Positions 46,401 to 56,900 of a stretch of 64,000 nt of DNA are shown in pieces. Source of the stretch: an uncultured Bifidobacterium sp. (GTDB lineage Bacteria > Verrucomicrobiota > Verrucomicrobiia > Limisphaerales > JADLHS01); assembly GCA_964594985.1 (NCBI GenBank), contig CAZQNQ010000003.1, forward strand, positions 81,446 through 145,445. Direction: 5' to 3'. The notes beneath the pieces were generated by a model. That model did no database searches and had not been told where the DNA came from. It was given only the letters and a program-made list of their open reading frames with translations. Each line of letters starts with the position of its first letter. The stretch's first letter is position 1. The position numbers and the translations under genes were made by a program.

Positions 46401-49400
46401 TCATTCGTAGGTCAGCACGATGTTAGTGCTCACAATCTGAACATTTTTGATGTGCGTGGGCACACTGGAACGCAACCGATAAAACCGCGTGCTGCCATTG
46501 GTTGGGACGGTGACTGTTTTCGTCGCAGGGTTCACCACCGCGCCAGCCTCGTCGGCAAAAGCAAAGCCGAACGAAGCGGTGGCCTGGAGTTGCACTGGCG
46601 GCGGGTTGGTGCTCGTAGCCGTGAACACAAAATAGTTGTGATTCCCCGCCGTGCCATTGCTGCCGGTCGAGTCCGCCACCCAGCGCAATTCATGCTGGCC
46701 GGCGCTGATGGCGACGTTGGTCTTCGTCAATGTCTGATACACCTGCCAACCGCCAGTCCCGTTGACGGTGATGATTTCCGTGACGTTCTGCCCGTCAATC
46801 TCCAGATGGAAGGTGCCCGCGTTGTTTTCGGAAGCGACGCGCATTCCGATGGTGTAAATGCCGTCCACCACCGCGTTCACCGTGTATTTCATCCATTCCC
46901 CGGTGGCGGTGAAACCGACATTGTAACCGCCGCCGGCATCGCCGGTATTCTCCACGTCCACCGCGGTGGCGCGATACTGATTCCCGTTGTTCGACGTGTC
47001 ACTGTCGTGATAAGCCACGCCTTCGCCGCCGCCATCGAAGTCTTCCGCCTGAATGATCCCCGGAATCGTCAGCGGCACGCCATAGAACGGCGCTTGCCCG
47101 TTGACGACGGAGATGTTCACCGGTGCGGAGAACCTGGTGAGCCCGACATTGTCGGTGACACGAGCGGTCAACACATAGATTCCCGCCGGCACATTCGACC
47201 AGACGACGCTGAACGGACTGCTCGTGCCGGCGGCGATCAGATTATCGTCAGCAAAGAACTCAACCTTGCCCACCGAACCGTCGGCATCGGACGCAGTCGC
47301 CCGCAAGGTGATGGCATTGGACGCGGAGAAGGTCGCACCATTGACTGGATTGGTGATTGCGACGGAGGGCTGATTGTTGCTCGTCTGCAAGGTGAACGTC
47401 AGATGGTTAAGATTCCCGACGAACCCACCCCCGCCGTTCTTGTCGAGCGCCAGCCGCAACACCTGTTGCCCGGCATTCAACGCCACATTGCTGCGCGTGA
47501 ATGTCGCCCAGTTCTGCCAGCCGCCAGTGTTAAGATTCGTCAACCCGCCGGTCTTGTTGATGCCATCACTTTCCAGATGGAACACGCCGCCGCCATAAGC
47601 CGCGTAGCGCGTGTCGAACTTGTAGAGGCCGGGCGTCGCCACGTTCACCGTGTATTCCAGCCATTCACCTTCCGCCGCCCAGCCGATGTTGTAGCCGCCA
47701 CCTGTGTCCGAGCAATTCTCAATGTCCACCCCGCCCGGGCGATACTGGTTGCCGTTGTTCGCCACGTCAGTGTCGTGGTACGCGATGCCTTCGCCACCGC
47801 TGTCGAAGTCTTCGACCTGGATCACGCCCGGAATCGGATGCGGCGTACCGCCATACGGCGTCTGATGCAACGACACGCCGGCGCCGACAAACTCCATCCA
47901 GTTCAACCGGAACAGATCCGTCGCGCCGTGATTGCGCGTGAATACCAGAAACAATTCGTGCGTCCCGCCGGGATCGGTGATTGAAAGGCTGATGTTCGTG
48001 TAAGCGCCGGCCGAGTCCGGCACAACCGCCGTATTGATCAAAGTTCCCGCGGGTGAATCCAACCGCACCTCAATCAGCCCGCCGGAAACCGTCGCCGCCG
48101 TGCGGAAAGTCAGCCCGTTGATATTCGTGAGGTTCACGGGAAAGAAACTCACATAGTCGCCGTGATCAATGCCGACCACATCGTGCCCGCCGTTGTTGTC
48201 AGCGGTGACGGCGTTCGTGATGCTGCTTTGATGCGTGAAGTTCTCCGCTTCCTTCCGACGAGGTTGCAAGATATGCACCGCTTCACCGGCCAAAGAATCC
48301 GCCTGCGGCGCACCCAGGTCATCGTAAGACGCCCGCAACACCACAAACACATTGTCCCCGTCGCCACCGTGCGCACCGGGGGCCTCAAAGAAGCCCTCGC
48401 ACGCGTCGGCGTGAGAGTCGCCGTGTGAATGGTCATTGTGCCCGGTGTTCAAATCCCAGGCTATTCCGGCGCAGGCAATCGAGCCATTGGTCGTCGCGCC
48501 ATCTTCAAAATCGTACGCCTGACCTTGAAACGAAAATGGCTGTCCCCAATCGAACACCCCGCCGTTGGGCGGCCAGTTGATCTGCACAACCGGCGCATGA
48601 TTGCCGACGGTGATCGCCACGCTGGCATACCCGGCATTGCCCGCCGCATCGCTGACCTTGAGTTGCGCGGAAAAGTTTCCATTCGACGTGTAGGTGAAAG
48701 CTGGATTGGCGTTGGTCGAATTGACAAAGCCATCACTGAAGAAACTCCATTCGTAAGTCAACGTGCCGTCGGGATCGGGATCATGGGTGCCCGCGCTGGA
48801 AAATTGCACGAGCAGCGGTGCGGCGCCGTTGTTGGGCGTCACGGCAGCAACCGCCACCGGCGAGCGATTGTTTCCATCCGTGTAATCAATGCGGATGACT
48901 TTTGCATCGGGATTGTTGCCGCCGAAACCCGCGCCCCATTCAATCATGTAAATCGCGCCGTCCGGCCCGATCTCCATGTCCATCGGACGGCTGAAACTGA
49001 ATGTCGGCAGGAACGGATTGATCTTCAGGATGTCGCCGTTGTCATCGAGCTTCACTTCCTTGATGTAATTGCGCGACCACTCGTAGATGAACACGGTCTT
49101 GTCGTAGTAGGCCGGCAGTTTGCGCGGCGAAATCAGGTTCGTCTGGTAATGATACGTCGGCCCCCCCATCGCCGTGCGGCCACCGTCGCCATTGACTTCG
49201 GGAAACTCCGGCGCGGCATCGTAGGGATACCAGATCCAGGCCGACCGCGCGGCCGGCAGATTTTGCGGCCCGGTGTTGTTGGGCGAATTGTTGACGGGCG
49301 CGGCGGGATTGAAAGCGCTGCCGGACATGCTCGTGGCGAAGTCGTAATCAATGTACGGCTTGTTGTTCGCGATGAAATACGGCCAGCCGTAATTCCCGGC

Positions 49401-50972
49401 GGAGCGCGCCTGATTCCATTCGTCATGCCCCTTCGGCCCGCGCGAGGCATTGTTCACGCCGGCATCCGGGCCGACTTCACCCCAATACAACCAGCCGGTT
49501 GCCGGGTCCACCGCGATGCGAAACGGATTGCGATTGCCCATCACGTAAATCTCGGGTCGCCCCGCCGCGCCGTCGGCGGGAAAGAGATTGCCCGTTGGAA
49601 TCGTGTAAGTGCCGTTTGCCTCGGGATGAATGCGGAGAATCTTTCCGCGCAGGTCACCCGCGTTGGAAGAAGATTTCTGTGAATCCCACGCGGCGCGACC
49701 GGGCCGTTCATCCAACGGCGCATAGCCGTCCGACTCGAATGGATTCGTGTTGTCGCCGAGTGAAATGAAAAGATTGCCGCCCGGGCCAAAGGTCAGCGAG
49801 CCGCCCGAGTGGCAGCACTCATCGCGTTGCGTCGGGATTTGCAGCAACACCTTCTCTGAACCCAAATCCAGCGTGTTGCCAGTCATGGTGAACCGCGAGA
49901 CTTGTTGCTGCGGGGTCGGCGCGCTGGGCGAGTAAAAGATGTAGAGCCAGTTGTTCGTCGCGAAACCCGGATCGAGCGCCAGCCCCAACAAGCCATCCTC
50001 CAACTGGCTGAACACGGGAATCTGCCCGGCCAGGACGACAGAGGAGGTCTGTGGCCGCCAGATTTTAAGTTTGCCGCCGCGCTCGATGTAAAACACGCGC
50101 CCATCCGGCGCGACGGCAAGTTCCATCGGATTCGACGGACTCGCGTCGAGAATCACCTTTTGGAAGTTGGAATCAATCGTCGCGCCCGCGTCCGCCGTGA
50201 TTTCCCCGGCGGCGTATTCGATTCCCCCCAAGAGATGTTCCAGAAACAGCGGCTCGGAAAAACTTGCCGCCGTGTGACCGCCCGCCGTGTACCACGCCCG
50301 CCCGCCATCGTAGCTGTGACACCACGCGATCGGATGATCGAAACCCATCGTGCCGCCGGCATAGGTCGTTTCATCCAACGTCGCCAACACGTGCACTGAG
50401 CCGCGCGGGTTGGTCTGGAAATTGTACCATTCATCCGAACGCACCCACCGCTTCGGCAATCCCGCCGTCGAAGGATGAACCTGATCCGCAACCTTCACCG
50501 TGGCCGTTGGCGTTCCGGCCGGATGACTTGAAAAATACGCCCCGACCAGACCGCCATACCAAGGCCAGGTGTATTCAGTATCGGACGCCGCATGAATGCC
50601 GACGAATCCACCTCCCGCCTGGATGTAGCGCTCGAACGCCGCCTGCTGATCCGGATTGAGAATGTCGCCGGTGGTGCTGAGAAACACGACGGCTTGATAG
50701 TTTGACAGGTTCGCGTCGGAAAAAACCACGGCGTCTTCGGAGGCGTCCACGGTGAAATGATGGTTCGTGCCCAGTGTGCGGATGGCCTGGATCCCGTTGG
50801 GGATGGAGTCATGCCGGAAGCCGGCGGTTTTGGAAAAGACCAGGACTTTAAAATCTTCATGCGCCTTTGCGCCAGGCACCATTAGTCCCAGGGCCAAAGT
50901 GGTGAGGACAACAAATCTGCCGGTGCGACTTCGGATCATCCGCCCATACGGCGGCGCGGATAGTGTGAACAT
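46401..50972 (-). CDS. giant secreted fusion: ThuA-like domain + PQQ-dependent soluble sugar dehydrogenase beta-propeller + PKD + Ig-like + two CBM6-like modules
   Basis: 1523 aa (the alternative start MIRSRTGRF is at 50939). ThuA-like: [18 protein letters not shown]...[10 protein letters not shown]. sGDH-like: [10 protein letters not shown]...[20 protein letters not shown]...GNRNPFR. PKD: [27 protein letters not shown]6-like: [19 protein letters not shown] and [19 protein letters not shown]. It ends ...STRFYRLRS.... Confidence 0.8.
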   Translation of the reverse strand: MFTLSAPPYGRMIRSRTGRFVVLTTLALGLMVPGAKAHEDFKVLVFSKTAGFRHDSIPNGIQAIRTLGTNHHFTVDASEDAVVFSDANLSNYQAVVFLSTTGDILNPDQQAAFERYIQAGGGFVGIHAASDTEYTWPWYGGLVGAYFSSHPAGTPTATVKVADQVHPSTAGLPKRWVRSDEWYNFQTNPRGSVHVLATLDETTYAGGTMGFDHPIAWCHSYDGGRAWYTAGGHTAASFSEPLFLEHLLGGIEYAAGEITADAGATIDSNFQKVILDASPSNPMELAVAPDGRVFYIERGGKLKIWRPQTSSVVLAGQIPVFSQLEDGLLGLALDPGFATNNWLYIFYSPSAPTPQQQVSRFTMTGNTLDLGSEKVLLQIPTQRDECCHSGGSLTFGPGGNLFISLGDNTNPFESDGYAPLDERPGRAAWDSQKSSSNAGDLRGKILRIHPEANGTYTIPTGNLFPADGAAGRPEIYVMGNRNPFRIAVDPATGWLYWGEVGPDAGVNNASRGPKGHDEWNQARSAGNYGWPYFIANNKPYIDYDFATSMSGSAFNPAAPVNNSPNNTGPQNLPAARSAWIWYPYDAAPEFPEVNGDGGRTAMGGPTYHYQTNLISPRKLPAYYDKTVFIYEWSRNYIKEVKLDDNGDILKINPFLPTFSFSRPMDMEIGPDGAIYMIEWGAGFGGNNPDAKVIRIDYTDGNNRSPVAVAAVTPNNGAAPLLVQFSSAGTHDPDPDGTLTYEWSFFSDGFVNSTNANPAFTYTSNGNFSAQLKVSDAAGNAGYASVAITVGNHAPVVQINWPPNGGVFDWGQPFSFQGQAYDFEDGATTNGSIACAGIAWDLNTGHNDHSHGDSHADACEGFFEAPGAHGGDGDNVFVVLRASYDDLGAPQADSLAGEAVHILQPRRKEAENFTHQSSITNAVTADNNGGHDVVGIDHGDYVSFFPVNLTNINGLTFRTAATVSGGLIEVRLDSPAGTLINTAVVPDSAGAYTNISLSITDPGGTHELFLVFTRNHGATDLFRLNWMEFVGAGVSLHQTPYGGTPHPIPGVIQVEDFDSGGEGIAYHDTDVANNGNQYRPGGVDIENCSDTGGGYNIGWAAEGEWLEYTVNVATPGLYKFDTRYAAYGGGVFHLESDGINKTGGLTNLNTGGWQNWATFTRSNVALNAGQQVLRLALDKNGGGGFVGNLNHLTFTLQTSNNQPSVAITNPVNGATFSASNAITLRATASDADGSVGKVEFFADDNLIAAGTSSPFSVVWSNVPAGIYVLTARVTDNVGLTRFSAPVNISVVNGQAPFYGVPLTIPGIIQAEDFDGGGEGVAYHDSDTSNNGNQYRATAVDVENTGDAGGGYNVGFTATGEWMKYTVNAVVDGIYTIGMRVASENNAGTFHLEIDGQNVTEIITVNGTGGWQVYQTLTKTNVAISAGQHELRWVADSTGSNGTAGNHNYFVFTATSTNPPPVQLQATASFGFAFADEAGAVVNPATKTVTVPTNGSTRFYRLRSSVPTHIKNVQIVSTNIVLTYE

Positions 50973-51006
50973 CGTATTCTTTTAGGCTACAATGACAGCG
51001 GTGGCT

Positions 51007-51023
51007 ATCCCCGAAAGCGGGGA
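51007..51023 (-). promoter_or_regulatory. conserved hairpin motif ATCCCCGAAAGCGGGGA, copy C
   Basis: It lies in the 80-nt gap between the stop of the 1072-aa gene (51053) and the start of the 1523-aa gene (50972). Confidence 0.6.
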
Positions 51024-51052
51024 AACTACGTCGTCGCCGCAAATCGTTCTGG

Positions 51053-53977
51053 CTACTGTGATTGCAGGCGATAAAACCCTGCCGGTTTCTGGGTCGGAAT
51101 CGCAAACGTCCACTGACCATTGGTCAGGACCGGCACGTTCGTGACCCGTTGCCACAGGATCGGCGGCATTAGATTGGTAGCCGTCTGCGGAACAAAAAAG
51201 CCAACATTCGCCGGCCAAGTGAGTTCCAAAGCATTGCCCGCCTTCGCCGCACTCAACGCCGGGCGCACCTGGCTTTCCGTCAAACCCGTCAGCGTGAAAT
51301 CGAAACCCATGTCGCCGCTCGAAGCGCTGCGCAGATGAACTTCCGCCGCGAGAATGTTTGTCCCCGCGACCAGCGTTGCCGGGTCGAGATTGCGCTCAAA
51401 GTAAAGCCGGCGATCCAGCCAGTCCGTGCCATTCGTCGCGAGCGTGCTGGCAGTGATCGTCCCGGCCGGCAGGTTGGCGCGATAGATTTCCTGGCCGTTC
51501 AAATAAATCACCGCGCCGTCGTTGCGTCGCACGCCCATGACCAAGGCGTGGAAGTCCGCTGGATTGTTCACCACAAAACTACTGCGAAACCACGTGGTGA
51601 TGCGCTTGTTGTTCGCGTTGCCGCCGTAGCTGGCAACGCTGGCTTCATCGCCCACGCCGTAGCCGATGGGTGCTGCGCCGGTCTTCCACGCCGCATCGTT
51701 GAACCCGGCGTCTATCCATATCGCAGCGGGCGGGATACCAGTATCGAGATACTTCCAGGTCGCCCGCGATGGAAACAACACCTGCGCCTGGCGCGCATTG
51801 GGAAGATTATCGGACCGGATGACACGCACGCGATCAATGCGAATCGTGCCGCTGCCATTGATAATGAGACGGAAATCCGTGCCGCCGTTCTCACGATTGC
51901 CGAAGAAGGGATTTGTGACTTTGAAACGCGCCGTGCGCCACGCGCCGGAATTTTGCAGCGCGAAGATTTGCGCGGCAGTTGTGTGTGGATTGCTGTTGCC
52001 GTCGAACTGCAGGCCAAGGGAGATACCGCCAGTCCCATCATAGTAATCTGCTTCAATCGTCGTTTCTGTGCCGACGGGCAATTGATAGGCAAACGTGTCC
52101 GCGATGTTGAAATAAAAATAGCGGTCGCTGGTGGTGGCGTTGCGACGACAATCGCGCCCGGCAAAACTTTCCGCTGCTGTCGCGCCCAACGATTGTTCCA
52201 CCAGCGTCAGCGCGGACGATTGATTGACCGCTCCCAAGTCGGTGGAAGCTTCCGCCCCAGTGTTGCCGCGATAGGCGAGAAGTTCCGCCTCGGTCGGAAC
52301 GGCGTTGGTGAGCGGACGCAGACCGAGCATCATGTCGCGCGCCGCGCTCGTCAGCAACAGCCACCAATCCGAAGGTTTGCCAAGGTTCGTGAGGAAGCGG
52401 CCCCAGTCCGGAGCGGGCGGCGGCGGATCGTCCGTCATCGGCATGATGGCCGTGCCTTCGTCATATTCATCGAACATGCCGATGAACAATCGCCCTGCTC
52501 CGCTGGCCACCGCGCCATACATTTTATCCCAATAGAACAGCCCATCCCCACGCGGGTTGTACTGTGACTCGTCGTTGAAGCGCTGCAGGTGCGCCCACGA
52601 AAACCCAGGCCAGACGTGCGGGAAATAATCAATGCCCCAAGCTGCGAGTTGATTAAAGTCATCTTGATAACCCTGCGCACTCTGCGGCATCCACGCCAGC
52701 GCGCCGTCGTAACGCTGGAAGTGATCATTCCAATCCGTGATCGTGCGCCACCACCATGGCCAGCCGCCAATGACATAGTTGCCGCCATAGACGGGATCAT
52801 TCTTGAAGAAATCAATGATGGCATTGGCATTCTCTTTCGAGATGCCGCGATCGGCATACGGCAAGCCCCAGATAAACACGACGGGTTTTCCCGTTTCGTA
52901 GGCGTAACGCGAGTCATTGCGGACCCCAAACACATCCACCAGCCAGCGCCAGTCGTTGCTGATGATCGAAAGCGAGTTCGCGTTGCCGAGCGAACTGATG
53001 TCGTATTCGATGGCCCAGATGCGGCCCTCTTGATGCGCCGCCGCCCGGACATTGTTCAGCACGAACTCATCGCCGCCGTACGCCCCGCCGCTGTTGGCCG
53101 CGACGAAGCGTTGGAGAAATGCGCCATCAATGTTGTATTTGCGCATCCATTGGAAATGGCGGCGCACCGTCTCCGGCGTGGTGGAGGAAAACAACTTCGC
53201 CGCCTGGCCGCTGCGGGTAAAAACGCCGGGCGCGGGAAATAATTCACTCTCCGCGTAACCCGAGAGATCCGGCCACATATCAATGTTGAAATTGGTCGGG
53301 TGCATGAACCCGTTGCGGATCCAATGATGCCAGCCGCCGTCGGCGAGATCGTTCGGCGTCCGAAACCAGCCTTGGTAGCCCGCCATGACCTTACCGCGCA
53401 ATGTGGAGCGATCCACGTCGGCGCGACTCGGGCCGGAGTAAGGTTGCAGCCACGGCTGACTCAGCACGATCTGGAACTGCGGATCGGCGAAAGGAAAATT
53501 CTGGATGGTCGCACTCTTCACTGAAAGCGGTGGCGTGCCACCAAGACCGAGGCGAAAATCCGCACCCGTCCCCTGCCGGTTCAGCAACGCCGGCGACGGC
53601 AATACGTAATACGCCGTAGCAAATGTCTTGGTGTTCACGCGCGAGGTCCGCACATGCCGGGGCGACGAAGCGTAAGCTCCAGCCGAGACGGAGTCGTATT
53701 GCAGTCCCATCTGTCCGAAGCCGTCGTCGTAATACTCGACGCGTACATACACCGGTACGCCCGACGTAAACGTGAACGAGGCCGGGACGTTGAAGTTGAT
53801 GAACGAACTGCCCGGAATGTTCTGCCAGACCGTCTGGCCACCTGCGGTCGTGGTGATGAACTGACCGTCGCAGCACGAGAACGGCGTCAGACTGACAGTG
53901 TCGGCAGCAAACAATCGGGCGGACAGACCAAACCAAGCCAGCCAAACGAAAAACCCACGATAATTACTTCTCCACAT
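51053..53977 (-). CDS. secreted multidomain protein: beta-sandwich + GYQGWF-type putative glycoside hydrolase domain + second beta-sandwich + lectin-like domain + C-terminal FYRL module
   Basis: The likely start is MWRSNYRGFFVWLAWFGLSARLFA at 53977; the track extension to 54271 overlaps the upstream gene. Motifs: GKVMAGYQGWF...MFDEYDEGTAI. Duplicated sandwich: VRVEYYDDGFGQMGLQYD / IEADYYDGTGGISLGLQFD. It ends AGFYRLQSQ. Confidence 0.75.
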   Translation of the reverse strand: MWRSNYRGFFVWLAWFGLSARLFAADTVSLTPFSCCDGQFITTTAGGQTVWQNIPGSSFINFNVPASFTFTSGVPVYVRVEYYDDGFGQMGLQYDSVSAGAYASSPRHVRTSRVNTKTFATAYYVLPSPALLNRQGTGADFRLGLGGTPPLSVKSATIQNFPFADPQFQIVLSQPWLQPYSGPSRADVDRSTLRGKVMAGYQGWFRTPNDLADGGWHHWIRNGFMHPTNFNIDMWPDLSGYAESELFPAPGVFTRSGQAAKLFSSTTPETVRRHFQWMRKYNIDGAFLQRFVAANSGGAYGGDEFVLNNVRAAAHQEGRIWAIEYDISSLGNANSLSIISNDWRWLVDVFGVRNDSRYAYETGKPVVFIWGLPYADRGISKENANAIIDFFKNDPVYGGNYVIGGWPWWWRTITDWNDHFQRYDGALAWMPQSAQGYQDDFNQLAAWGIDYFPHVWPGFSWAHLQRFNDESQYNPRGDGLFYWDKMYGAVASGAGRLFIGMFDEYDEGTAIMPMTDDPPPPAPDWGRFLTNLGKPSDWWLLLTSAARDMMLGLRPLTNAVPTEAELLAYRGNTGAEASTDLGAVNQSSALTLVEQSLGATAAESFAGRDCRRNATTSDRYFYFNIADTFAYQLPVGTETTIEADYYDGTGGISLGLQFDGNSNPHTTAAQIFALQNSGAWRTARFKVTNPFFGNRENGGTDFRLIINGSGTIRIDRVRVIRSDNLPNARQAQVLFPSRATWKYLDTGIPPAAIWIDAGFNDAAWKTGAAPIGYGVGDEASVASYGGNANNKRITTWFRSSFVVNNPADFHALVMGVRRNDGAVIYLNGQEIYRANLPAGTITASTLATNGTDWLDRRLYFERNLDPATLVAGTNILAAEVHLRSASSGDMGFDFTLTGLTESQVRPALSAAKAGNALELTWPANVGFFVPQTATNLMPPILWQRVTNVPVLTNGQWTFAIPTQKPAGFYRLQSQ

Positions 53978-53996
53978 GATTTGATTCGTTTCAGTG

Positions 53997-56900
53997 TTAG
54001 GGCCGCACCAAGCGGAAAAAGACGCTTCCTTGGGCGGGATCAATGGCCCGCAGAATTCGATTCGTGTTGGCCGATTCGGCAATCGCGTTCCAATTCGTCC
54101 CGAGGCCCATCCCGGCGGCGTTGGTCTGCGTCTGCAACAACCAACCCGTGTGCGTGGCGGGCCAGTTGAGTTCCAGTTGGCCGAGACCCGGAGTAATTGA
54201 CAGCGGTGGCGGCTCGGAAGCGATTGGCCGAACCGGCATCGGCCCGGCGTTCGTGCTTTCCCCGGCGGCATTCAGCGCGGACACGGTGAAGTAGTAAATA
54301 CTGCCATTGACCAGGCCGGCGGCGATGAGTTCGAGCGCCGGGGTATTCGTCGCGATGGTGAGGAACGGCCCGCTTGGAACAGTGGCATATTTGAGGTTGT
54401 AGCCCGACGCACCGGGGACAGAATTCCATGACAAGGTCGCTTGTCCGTCGCCGCTGACGGCCGTCAAGCCGTCCGGGGGCGCGGGCGGCAATCCCGCCGT
54501 GCCAAAAATGTTCAACTCATGCACGCTCCACCACAATCCCGGGGCCGAACCGGTTTGCGTGATGCGAACGTAACGCGCCGCTTGCTGGCTGAAGGTGATG
54601 CTGGTCACCGCCGCCGAACCCGCTCCCGTCGCCACCGCCGCGCCCCAATTCACCCCGTCCATCGAGAGATTCACCCGATAACCCCGCGGGTAATCGCTCG
54701 GCGAAGCACTGGCGTCGAGCAATACTTTGTTGATGGTGTTCGTCACCGCCATGTCCACCTGTAACCACTGGCCGTTGACTTGTTGCGCCCCCGTCGCCCA
54801 GCGGGTGTTGGCCTTGCCATCAATCGAATTGCCAACCGGATCACCCGGACCGGACGACAGGGCCGTCACCACCCAATTGAGGCGGTCCAGGGCGCCGGGG
54901 ACGACCGTGACTTGGTTGGAGTTCGTGCTTTCGCCGGCTGGGTTGAAAGCGGAGACGACATAATAATAGGTGAACGCGTTTATCACCGAAGTATCCACAT
55001 AGCCGTTGGCGTTATTAGTCGCAATCGTCGCGTAAGGGCCGCCGTCGGTCGCGCTGCGCTTGACGTAGTAACCCGTCGCCCCGGTTGCCCCGGCCCAAGT
55101 TAAAGTCACCCGCCCATCGCCCGGGACGGCACGCAAGCCACCGGGTTTCACGGGCGCAACGCCAGCGACAAACTCGACCAGAAAATCCTGCGCCGCGCTG
55201 AACTGGGTCGTGTTTGCGATCAATGCATTGGTTGCGCCCTGAAAGCCGACGAACCGGCCGTTGATCTCGGCGCGCAAACCGAGCAGCCCCGCCGCCGTTT
55301 GGAATTGGGAAAACGTCTCCCATGCGCCCAAGCCCGTCCGATTCGCGACCAGCGGGGCCGCCCCGGCATTCTCGGCGCAAACAATGGTGTTGCTGCCGAT
55401 GCTGCGGAGTCCCACGCGGCCGCCGCCGGCATCAAGGATTTGAAATTGTTCGGTCGGACTGACGCTGTTTTGATTCGCCAACAAAACCCCGCCGCTGGCG
55501 GTACTGACGCCGACATACTTGCCATTGCTGACGGACTTGAGCGCGTAGGTATTGCCCACCACGAGCTGCTGCGACTGGATGGGGGGCGTGCTGAAAAATC
55601 CGAAATGTTGCAGGTTGAACAAACGTCCGCTGCCACCGATGAACACGAGGCAAACCGTTTGCAGACCGCCGGGGTTGGTGATGCTGGCGTAAACATTCAC
55701 GTAAGATTGCCAGCCACCGGTCGGCGGCACCTGGCAGATGCCGAGCAGTGTTCCGCCGGAATTGTTGAGACGAATTTCAATCGAACCACCCAAACCACCG
55801 CTCGCCACCCGCACGACAAAGGAATCTTTGCCGCCCAAGTCAACATTCTGGTAAATCGTCCAATCGCCTGATTCGAGCTGACCAAGATTTTGCCCGCCTT
55901 CACTACAGGTTTCCGCCGCCACCCCGGAGTTGCCATTGAAATTCACCGCAGCTCTTGGAGTGATGAGCGCGTAGGTGCTGCTGCTGTTGCTGACCACGGC
56001 GAAACCCGGTTGCAGTCCAACGACCGTGTTCGAGTAAAGAATGGCATTGCCGAGGCCGGGCCGCAGCGCATACATGCCGACCACGATGCCCTCGCGCGCC
56101 GGGTTAAGGATGGTGTTGTGTTGGAAAACGATGTTGGAACTCGTGGACAATCCCACGGCGGCGAACACCGAATCCATGATGGTGTTCGACGCGACATAGG
56201 CGTTCACAACCGAACCGACGCCCTGACCATCGCCGTCATTACCGATCATCAGGGCCTGTTGCTGTTGCTGAAAACCATTCCCGCCGGAACGCACGACGAC
56301 ATTGCCCACGACGGTGGCGGACAGCAGATCCGAGCCGTTGACGCCAAATTTTCCGACGCCGAGTCCGATGTAACGCGCGGTGTCGCTGGTGTAATTGTCC
56401 TTCACCAGATGCCCGCTGCCGCCATAGATCGCCAGCCCTTTGCCGCCCCACGCGCCGATGGTCGTGTTGTTGATGAACGTCGCGTTCGTCATGGGCAGGT
56501 AATAAGTGTAGTTGCCGTTGTTTTCGTTGTAGTTCACGGAATTGATGGCCAGCGCGTCGTCGCCCGTGCCGCGCACAAAGTTGTTGGAGGCGGTGAGATA
56601 ATTCCCGACGACACCGCTCACCGCGACGTTGTTCAAATTGCAACCGTCCGCCCAGATGCTGATGAGGCGACAGTTCCGCACCATGCCACCGATGCCAGAC
56701 GCCCAGAAACCCGACATCGTGTGCTGCGTCCAGATCCCTTCCGCCAGCCAGTAGTTGCCGGTGATATCCATCGCGCCGCCACAACCATCCACCACCGCGC
56801 GGCTCGGCGCGTTGGCATCCACGGCGAAATTCCGCACCGTGCAGGACGTCATCGTGAGCACCGCGCCCAGCGGCGAATCATTCGGCAGCGGCACGTCGCG

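Noticed and set aside
53977-54271. N-terminal extensions of track ORFs (51053..54271, 25769..26779, 39950..41428, 45472..46404, 24234.., 30705..31949, 32194..34044)
   Set aside because: The extensions overlap the preceding gene or run through repeat or hairpin elements. Internal starts give canonical signal, TAT or prepilin leaders directly at the N-terminus.
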